This document shows positions 38,465-45,105 of a stretch of 45,105 nt of DNA, piece by piece. The stretch's first letter is position 1, and each line of letters begins with the position of its first letter. Made by a program: the position numbers and the translations under genes. The stretch covers positions 1-45,105 of the IMG/VR virus record IMGVR_UViG_3300025018_000224; one strand, written 5' to 3'. The DNA is from a virus (lineage: Duplodnaviria > Caudoviricetes). The notes below the pieces were generated by a model. The model ran no database searches and was not told where the DNA came from. It saw only the letters and a list, made by a program, of their open reading frames with translations.

Positions 38465-38696
38465 GTGCCTGTTCCTTGTTCAGCAGTTCTTTGAGGGATA
38501 ACCAGAAGCTTCGATGAAATTTGAGTTCCCGAGCTTTGGAAAGAAAATCCTCCGCCTCAGGATCCAAATTAATCATCTGGGATTCCAGTACTTTGATGTG
38601 CTCATCGAGGAACAGATAGAATCCCTCGTTGCACATAGCTTGAAGCATTATCGTTTGATAACCTTCAGACATTTCGTAAAAAAGATGTGTAAACAT
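38457..38696 (-). CDS. Small hypothetical protein after portal
   Basis: GGAGG SD; coupled on both sides. Confidence 0.75.
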   Translation of the reverse strand: MFTHLFYEMSEGYQTIMLQAMCNEGFYLFLDEHIKVLESQMINLDPEAEDFLSKARELKFHRSFWLSLKELLNKEQAHA

Positions 38697-40600
38697 TACG
38701 CCTCCTGCGCTTGCCCCGCAGGTGGAGCACCCGGGACCTGTCCAGGAATTTGCGGTTGAACCCGCCGAAACTGCGTGAGATCAACACGAATATCCATCAT
38801 GTCCGACAGCATATTCAGCAACGCCGGAAGATCGAATTGAACAGCAGCTTCCTGATTCTGAATGATTGAATTGACCAAACGTTGAATCTGCATCTGGACA
38901 ATCTGTCTGTCGATTGACTGCAATCCAGCCCCAACGAGCAATTTGATATTCGCTTCACGGAATTGCGCGGGATCAATCTCGACAGTCTGGCCATCAGGCG
39001 TCAACAACGTCATCTTCTGCTGGAATTGTAGAATATTCCAATGCATGATGAAGCGAGAAGGCCGCAATGCCTGGTCATCAATCAACTTCGCGGCTTTCTG
39101 CAATCGCCGATTTGCCGATTGCACAGTTGTCGTAACCTGGGCTTCAACCGCTCTATCCATTTGCGCTATCTGATTCGGCATTGCAGACGTCGGCCAAAGC
39201 AATTGCATCAACTCAATTACTTGCTTCAGCTGCCCCATTGTATCCTTTGTGTCCATCTGATTCGTGTTCTGCCAGATGGATTGATGAATGTCTTTCCCAT
39301 ATCCTGCCGCATTGACAGGAATTCGCCCTGCGACATCACCCTTCCCCAGTTTCTCCAGAGGAATCACCGTCGGATCATAAATGATGAGGTCCCAAATATT
39401 CTTTCGGGTGGCCGCTGTGTGCGTATTCACGAGGAAAGAACCGAACGATTGTAACGGTGCGAGAATCTCCGCAATGGATTTTTGCGCCAACCCCAGATTA
39501 TCCTCCATCGGACTCGCGAAATTAAACGGAAGTTTCCCATGTGCGTTTGGCATGTGGACAGCACTGACAATCTTAATGCCGTTAGCAATTGTGATTCGCC
39601 AGGTTTCAAGCCGATCCCGTCCTTTCTCGGACGCGGGAATAAGGCCAAATTGAGTCGGCACGATGTGAATATACACATGGGCAAACTCAATACCGGACCC
39701 CAATTGATTAAATGTTCCCTCGGAAAGGAGCGCCAACCAATTGATATTCCCGCCTGGTTTGTCATTGACTCCGAGGGATCGAGCATCGAACAACTGCGGG
39801 GGCGTATGATACCAAGATTCAACCCGGGCTGTCTGGGCATTATCCATCAACGCATCGGCATTCTGAATAACGCCATCCTGGATAAGACGTCGCAGTTTGT
39901 ACTGCGTAATCATCTTCACAGTGATAACGTATTCGCCCTTTGAATGCACGTCGATCGGGTGCGTAGAAGGGTCCCACATTGTATTATACATATCAAGGGA
40001 TTTAAAATCATTCCCTTCCCAGAGGATGTCTTGGACAATCTTAGGCCCACGACCTTCATCGTTCTTAATAGCGTTTCCGTATTCCTGCTCCCACACGGTT
40101 TCAATCCCACCGAGATTGTACTTCATGCAATCGAACAGGAACTTAAGTAACTGCCGAAAATATGAACGCTCTAACGCGTGAGAGTTCATCAAAGCAGCAA
40201 AGGCATTTGCGATCTGAATCTCATCCTTCTTAGCCACAGCCTGGAACATTCCAGATTCCGGGGCGAAGACATTCATAAAGTACGTCAATGCATCATCAAG
40301 ATGCAGGAGAACCAACGGAAGATTCATGGTCGTAACAGTCGGACCCTTCCCCTGCAACTCCTCAACTCTTCGTTTCTTGTCATCATCCGACAATTCAAGG
40401 TAACCAGCAACATCTTTATCAATCGCTTCGTACCTCGGGATAAGAGCATCACGAGTCGTTGCAGCGAAATCAATACGCTGTTTCAAATACTCCAACAATT
40501 TTTTATGATTCGTCTCATGCTTGAACGGATGAGTTGCGTGCGGTGGGGCCATCAAAGGCTTTTTCACAGCCGGAAGGAGCATTTCATGCATATCAGACAT
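38696..40600 (-). CDS. Portal protein
   Basis: About 634 aa directly after TerL; Q/P-rich tail; ATG 40600 after GAGGT. Confidence 0.85.
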   Translation of the reverse strand: MSDMHEMLLPAVKKPLMAPPHATHPFKHETNHKKLLEYLKQRIDFAATTRDALIPRYEAIDKDVAGYLELSDDDKKRRVEELQGKGPTVTTMNLPLVLLHLDDALTYFMNVFAPESGMFQAVAKKDEIQIANAFAALMNSHALERSYFRQLLKFLFDCMKYNLGGIETVWEQEYGNAIKNDEGRGPKIVQDILWEGNDFKSLDMYNTMWDPSTHPIDVHSKGEYVITVKMITQYKLRRLIQDGVIQNADALMDNAQTARVESWYHTPPQLFDARSLGVNDKPGGNINWLALLSEGTFNQLGSGIEFAHVYIHIVPTQFGLIPASEKGRDRLETWRITIANGIKIVSAVHMPNAHGKLPFNFASPMEDNLGLAQKSIAEILAPLQSFGSFLVNTHTAATRKNIWDLIIYDPTVIPLEKLGKGDVAGRIPVNAAGYGKDIHQSIWQNTNQMDTKDTMGQLKQVIELMQLLWPTSAMPNQIAQMDRAVEAQVTTTVQSANRRLQKAAKLIDDQALRPSRFIMHWNILQFQQKMTLLTPDGQTVEIDPAQFREANIKLLVGAGLQSIDRQIVQMQIQRLVNSIIQNQEAAVQFDLPALLNMLSDMMDIRVDLTQFRRVQPQIPGQVPGAPPAGQAQEA

Positions 40601-42089
40601 TACATACCTCTGCTTCACCCTGAATGGTGTGTTCCTGGGCTTGTTGATACGTCGACATGATGAGCCCCAGGTAATGTTCTAACATAATAAGCCCAGCGGA
40701 GCAACAATCAATCAAATCATCGTCATTTTGCTCTTTTGTTTTATCATACGTGAGCAATTGTGACGTTATTTCCATGTCGCCCACAGGTAATGCGTAGGCT
40801 TTTTGCTCCATCGTCCCAACCCACGCGCTAATCCTAGCAAGTTTAGACGCGTTACCGATGTGGATTGGGACAATTTGTAAATTCGTTATCTTCTTATCAG
40901 CACAAAGAACCTTGAAAAGTGTGATCAAAACTTTCTGCGCGGCAACAGACTCAATTCCAATTGTCCAAGCGTTCCATCTTAATGCAAGCGTTAACATCTC
41001 ATCAAAAATCTCACCTTCCGACATCTTCTTCGACGTATGATCGACAACCATCGTAGCTGAATTAGAGAGAATTGCATGCACAACAATCGCGGTACAATCC
41101 GATCTTCGATTTTTTGAGAACGCCGGGTCAATCGTAATGAATGTAGCCAAGCAATCGTCAGGAAACGGACGTTGTTGATAATAAAACTGGTCACTACCAA
41201 ACCCGTTTGTCCCCGTCACCGGCATGTTCATCATCTCGGCCATCCACAAATGCAGAAGGCCGAGCCGTTGATACTCGCGGTAATCCTCCATGAGAGCTTC
41301 CATCGGCCACAAATCAGGCCAAAGAGGCTCAAGCAAGCCCGTAGCTCCCCGGATCAAGCATCCGTAGACGATGGAAGTCCAATGAGGGGATTTCGTCAGG
41401 ATGCCAAGAAGACAATGAATCGCCACCATGTTCCCGAGATACATGATCTTATGATGTTTCGCAAGGGCTTTGATGAACGTAGAGAAGAACCACTCGATTA
41501 ATTGCTTCAAAAGCGTGGCATTCTTAATATTCTCTTTATCTTCAAGGTCATCAACAACTACAATATCCGGACGTTGATGCCCAATATTAATACCGCGCAC
41601 CTGCTGATTCGCTCCCATTCCGCGAAGAATACATCGCTTGGTACCAATATGAAAGATCCAAAGCCCTTGCGTTTCATCGTGCTTAGTGACTTTGATATCA
41701 CCGAATACAGAACGGAAGTTATCACTTTGAAGCATCTCCATGATGTCGCGGCACGCATTTTTCGCAATCGGTGCTGTATTTGATAGATATACACAGAAGG
41801 AATAATTAGAGAAAAGAAAATACCAAATCACACCTAACTTCGACAACGTGGTCTTCGCGTGCCCGCGTGGTATGGCAAGGACAAGTCGAATAACATCTAA
41901 ATTTTTAATATGTTTAAACACATCAGTATGAAGAACTGGAATATCCCATACCAATTCATCATGCATGAAAAAATCAATGAAGAACTCCGCGTCATTCCGC
42001 AACGCAGTTTTCAGCTGCCCAACATCCCCTTGGGCTTCAAGGACATGAACATCAGGTTTCACATTAGATTCAATCACGCGAAGGTCCAA
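40593..42089 (-). CDS. terL: Terminase large subunit
   Basis: Walker A IPRGHAKTT, RG....QVRG, Walker B RPDIVVVDDLE; nuclease IDPA...DCTA, DDLID. Confidence 0.93.
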   Translation of the reverse strand: MDLRVIESNVKPDVHVLEAQGDVGQLKTALRNDAEFFIDFFMHDELVWDIPVLHTDVFKHIKNLDVIRLVLAIPRGHAKTTLSKLGVIWYFLFSNYSFCVYLSNTAPIAKNACRDIMEMLQSDNFRSVFGDIKVTKHDETQGLWIFHIGTKRCILRGMGANQQVRGINIGHQRPDIVVVDDLEDKENIKNATLLKQLIEWFFSTFIKALAKHHKIMYLGNMVAIHCLLGILTKSPHWTSIVYGCLIRGATGLLEPLWPDLWPMEALMEDYREYQRLGLLHLWMAEMMNMPVTGTNGFGSDQFYYQQRPFPDDCLATFITIDPAFSKNRRSDCTAIVVHAILSNSATMVVDHTSKKMSEGEIFDEMLTLALRWNAWTIGIESVAAQKVLITLFKVLCADKKITNLQIVPIHIGNASKLARISAWVGTMEQKAYALPVGDMEITSQLLTYDKTKEQNDDDLIDCCSAGLIMLEHYLGLIMSTYQQAQEHTIQGEAEVCNV

Positions 42090-42684
42090 GCATATCAGTC
42101 AACAACGGGGCAGTATCCAAATCATCAGAACCTTTAAACGCCTGATTCAATTCCTCCACGGTCACAGTATTGGTTGTCGCTCGCTCCCCTGCAACGGTTC
42201 GCACGCCTCCAGCCTTACCAACCTGTGTTTCATTCAGCTTCTCAACAATTCGCTGTGAAAGCGTAATGACAGCCCGTCGGCCACCAACCCCGCCCGACGG
42301 ATCAAGGGTCTTATTCCCAGGACGCGTCCTTCTCTCAGCTCGATTCGCTTGCACCGCAACGTTGAGGGCCAATTTAGGATCACGAGAAAACTTTAACACC
42401 GACTCAAGTGTCGACAACGCCTTCGCTTCCAGCCGATCCCAAGCAGAATCAGTATTCACCAAAGCTTCCGCAGCACTTTTCACCACAGCCTGATAGACCT
42501 GCTGAAACAACGGCTCCTCCTTAATCTGGGAAAGCCGCGATTCAGAAAACCCAAATGACTCACATATCGCCTTACTCGAAATCCCACGCATGACAAACGT
42601 CGCGAGCCGAACTAACTCCGGACTCTGCTTCTCGAAGGCCGCCAACTCGACGCCTTCCGCAACGTGAACCATCTCATGCGACAT
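42070..42684 (-). CDS. Putative terminase small subunit
   Basis: HTH-like GISSKAICESFGFSESRLSQI; immediately upstream of and overlapping terL. Confidence 0.65.
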   Translation of the reverse strand: MSHEMVHVAEGVELAAFEKQSPELVRLATFVMRGISSKAICESFGFSESRLSQIKEEPLFQQVYQAVVKSAAEALVNTDSAWDRLEAKALSTLESVLKFSRDPKLALNVAVQANRAERRTRPGNKTLDPSGGVGGRRAVITLSQRIVEKLNETQVGKAGGVRTVAGERATTNTVTVEELNQAFKGSDDLDTAPLLTDMLGPSRD

Positions 42685-42941
42685 AGGGCACCTAACAAAG
42701 TGAGGAATACAGGATGGAGGAATGAAAAAAATTTAGGAAAAATTTGTAGCCTGCATATTTACCCGTCCGGCGCGACCGTGCGAATGGGGGATACCCCTCC
42801 CCCTACTTCTAGCGCCGGACGCTTCTTCACAATAACACATGAGCGAAGCGAATTCCATATGCGAGCGTCAGCGAGCGGGCCAGTTGCGATTGAGAATCAT
42901 TTGCAATAAAGCAGCAAAAAAATTCAGCGTTCCCCACCTAT

Positions 42942-43181
42942 TCATTTCTTCCAGAAGCCATTTGCTTCCAGAGCGTCACGGAGTTCTGTGACTAGGCGGC
43001 GATGGCGGTAGGTCTGTTCGTAACCGATGAGGTACCGGGCGAGTGCTTCGATTCGTTCTGGCTGCCTCATTCCTGCCGTCATCATATACCCGCGATTGTA
43101 AACGGTGCGAGGATCAAGGCCGGATAGACCGGCGATCATTCCCGCTTTTGTTTCATCCGGGAACATGGTCGTGCACTTCAT
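42942..43181 (-). CDS. Small protein with possible HTH
   Basis: IAGLSGLDPRTVY resembles an HTH; start uncertain. Confidence 0.5.
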   Translation of the reverse strand: MKCTTMFPDETKAGMIAGLSGLDPRTVYNRGYMMTAGMRQPERIEALARYLIGYEQTYRHRRLVTELRDALEANGFWKK

Positions 43182-43377
43182 GCCAGGTTGAAAGCCATGC
43201 CCATACGTCATACGGTTGCGTCGTTGCATAGAATTTTCGAGCATCGGCTTCGTGAGAAAAGAACCGCATTCCGTACTCGACCGTTGAGCTGTAAGGCTTA
43301 TCGCTTATCACGGAGAAGACGACAAACCGAGTTGCAATGTTCGGTTCCCTTGTCCCGTCTGGATTTGCCCGGCTCAT
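43153..43377 (-). CDS. Hypothetical early protein (74 aa)
   Basis: ATGA overlap with 43374..43544. Confidence 0.55.
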   Translation of the reverse strand: MSRANPDGTREPNIATRFVVFSVISDKPYSSTVEYGMRFFSHEADARKFYATTQPYDVWAWLSTWHEVHDHVPG

Positions 43378-43544
43378 TTGCATACGTCCCGGTAAAGCGG
43401 ATGGACAATCCAAACTTCAATTGCATTGGCTTCCTTGTTCGCGGTGATAAACGCATCGGCTTCGCGGTAGGAACCGAACGGGCCGTATACTTCCGTCAGG
43501 ATGCGGGCATGGGTTCCATCGAGGTAAACGGTCACAACGTACAT
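43374..43544 (-). CDS. Hypothetical early protein (56 aa), absent from ORF track
   Basis: GGAGGT SD; MYVVTVYLDGTHARILTEVYGPFGSYREADAF... Confidence 0.7.
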   Translation of the reverse strand: MYVVTVYLDGTHARILTEVYGPFGSYREADAFITANKEANAIEVWIVHPLYRDVCK

Positions 43545-43586
43545 TTGATTAACCTCCGATTTGAGTTGGCGAAATTGCCTAAAGAA

Positions 43587-43617
43587 AACGCCAGGGGATT
43601 GTCACCCCCTGGCGTTC
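43587..43617 (-). terminator. Hairpin/terminator after 286-aa gene
   Basis: AACGCCAGGGG...CCCCTGGCGTT, followed on - strand by TTCTTT. Confidence 0.7.
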
Positions 43618-43638
43618 CTGGGTAATGCCGCGTTGCAA

Positions 43639-44499
43639 TTACGCGGGGGTGTCTTCATCACCGGAAGCAAAGAAACTATCGAAGTCAACATCCTCGACAG
43701 ATTTGACCGTCTGCGCGTCCCTGGTTTCCTTCCAGAGCGTGAAAACCTGGGTGGAAAGACCGGCCTTGTCGGCGCTGGCTTGCATCAGGTCGATAATGCG
43801 TTTCCAGAACCCCTTGTTTTCCAGTTCCTCGCTGAAATCCAGAGCGAACGCTTTGTTTTCCAGGCAGGACCGGAGGAATGCCGGAGTCATCTTCTTGAAA
43901 GCTTCAACGCCCGGGAACTTCTGCCGTAGATTGGACAAGATACCCGGGGCTAGTTCGGTGAATGCCTTGTAAATGCCTTCACGGGTTCGCGTGCTGGCGA
44001 ATTCCGCAATGGTGGTGGGGCATTCCGTTGCCGCCGTCCCGAATTCTTCGGGCTTGCGATTGCGGAAGGGACGAAGGATTTGATCCATCGCCGCCCGGTT
44101 GACGGTGTCGGCCAGGAATTCCAAGCCCTGCCGGTCCGTCGCAAGGGCTTCGATCCCCGGAACGGGCCAGACGATGATAGCCAACGTCTTCCGTTCCTTC
44201 TTGTCGCCGACCGTGACGGTTTCCTGCATCTTGCCGACGCCGACCGTCCATCCAGCAGGAATTTCCTTGTCGTATTGGATGACAGGCAAAGCTTCCGGCT
44301 TGAGCGCGATGACACGCGCGACATACGCGGCCAGTTTTTCGCCCTCGGTATCAACCGCGAAGAATTCACGAGCGGGCAAGTCTTCGAATTTTTTGATGCC
44401 GTCGTAGTTCGCAGTCTTGCCGTCGGTTTCGGTTTTGGTTTCCGTCGTTTCGGTGACGGCAGTTTCTTCCGTGGTCTGGGCTTGCGTCTGATCGTCCAT
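43639..44499 (-). CDS. Early protein of unknown function (~286 aa)
   Basis: ATG 44499 after GGAG; Thr/Glu N-terminus, acidic-aromatic tail VEDVDFDSFFASGDEDTPA; GC-rich codons. Confidence 0.85.
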   Translation of the reverse strand: MDDQTQAQTTEETAVTETTETKTETDGKTANYDGIKKFEDLPAREFFAVDTEGEKLAAYVARVIALKPEALPVIQYDKEIPAGWTVGVGKMQETVTVGDKKERKTLAIIVWPVPGIEALATDRQGLEFLADTVNRAAMDQILRPFRNRKPEEFGTAATECPTTIAEFASTRTREGIYKAFTELAPGILSNLRQKFPGVEAFKKMTPAFLRSCLENKAFALDFSEELENKGFWKRIIDLMQASADKAGLSTQVFTLWKETRDAQTVKSVEDVDFDSFFASGDEDTPA

Positions 44500-44729
44500 T
44501 TGAAACACTCCATTTGACAGTGGCGAAATTGCCTAAAGAATACGGAATGACGCAAACCGAGGTTAATCTAGTGGGGAACGCTGGAAACCACGGGCGATGT
44601 CGGGCCGGCTTCTGCCTTGTGAACCCTCGACACTCGTACCAGTCGCGCCGACCTATTATGCGCCCCTATCGGAGATTGCGCCGGACTTGGGAGTTTGCGT
44701 TCTGTTTTTTTCTTGTTTCCGTGCCCATA

Positions 44730-44757
44730 ATTATATGGGTTTTCGCCAGTTTGGCAA
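44730..44757 (-). promoter_or_regulatory. Sigma70-type early promoter, leftward
   Basis: Minus strand TTGCCA, 16 bp, TATAAT. Confidence 0.7.
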
Positions 44758-44944
44758 GCGCGGATTGCGTATTCCTGAAAATTTATTTCCGAAGTGATTT
44801 TTATGCATCAGTGATTCAGTTGCGGATGCATGTGGTTGTGGGTAATTGTGCCGGAGCTAATAAATAGGCTTCTTGTTGCATGTTCGGGAATCATTGCGGG
44901 CTAACATAACAATAACATTCAACATTTCACAAAGATTTCACCCC

Positions 44945-45105
44945 CCCCCCCAGTTCCCGGAACACCCCCCTTTGTGCCAGTGGCTATGATTACTGGTGTG
45001 GTTACTGCCTGTATTCCCGTGCCATGCCCAAGCGATTCCCGGGTGGTGTATTTATGCTAGATTGAAAATTTTAAGCGGGGGGGTAGTAATTGTGAGGAGT
45101 AGGGG
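44945..45105. repeat. Right copy of 161-bp direct terminal repeat
   Basis: Direct match to 1-161; starts within a C11 run (44941-44951). Confidence 0.95.

Noticed and set aside
21934-38494. Long + strand ORFs (21934..22764, 28625..29386, 33593..34429, 37031..37774, 37883..38494)
   Set aside because: Antisense shadows of well-supported structural genes, with no SD or protein-like motifs noted
43950-44555. 201-aa alternative-frame ORF over the 286-aa early gene
   Set aside because: Arg/Pro/Ser-rich composition expected from GC-rich codons read off-frame; no clear SD
1-45105. Lysogeny module or tRNA genes
   Set aside because: No integrase, repressor pair or ParA motifs and no cloverleaf recognised by eye; tRNAscan-SE and HMM searches would be needed to exclude them formally

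Overview
The window looks like a complete or near-complete ~45 kb linear dsDNA podovirus-type phage genome, bounded by a 161-bp direct repeat (1-161 / 44945-45105, one mismatch). The + arm (about 410-17830) is an early/replication cluster: RecD-like SF1 helicase, PD-(D/E)XK Cas4/RecB-like nuclease, Sak4-like AAA ATPase, SSB, family A DNA polymerase with a degenerate UDG-like N-terminus, DUF5664-type dNTP diphosphohydrolase, DUF3987-like ATPase and many small ORFs. The - arm (about 44500-17930) carries a few early genes, then TerS, TerL, portal, scaffold, major capsid, adaptor, nozzle, an Mtd_N-type fibre module, lysis genes and four ejection proteins. The arms converge on a terminator near 17850. 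I found no integrase, RNA polymerase, recognisable primase, tRNA, CRISPR array or reverse transcriptase. The most striking unexplained signals are three. (1) A short amphipathic motif, roughly [ST][LI][AT][DEAG]L[IL]xK, recurs at termini and linkers of about eight unrelated phage proteins, suggesting a shared docking system. (2) A 199-codon ORF with its own SD is overprinted inside the helicase linker. (3) The replisome lacks an evident primase, while a primosome-assembly-site-like element sits near terS. All family assignments come from motif recognition by eye, not from database searches.
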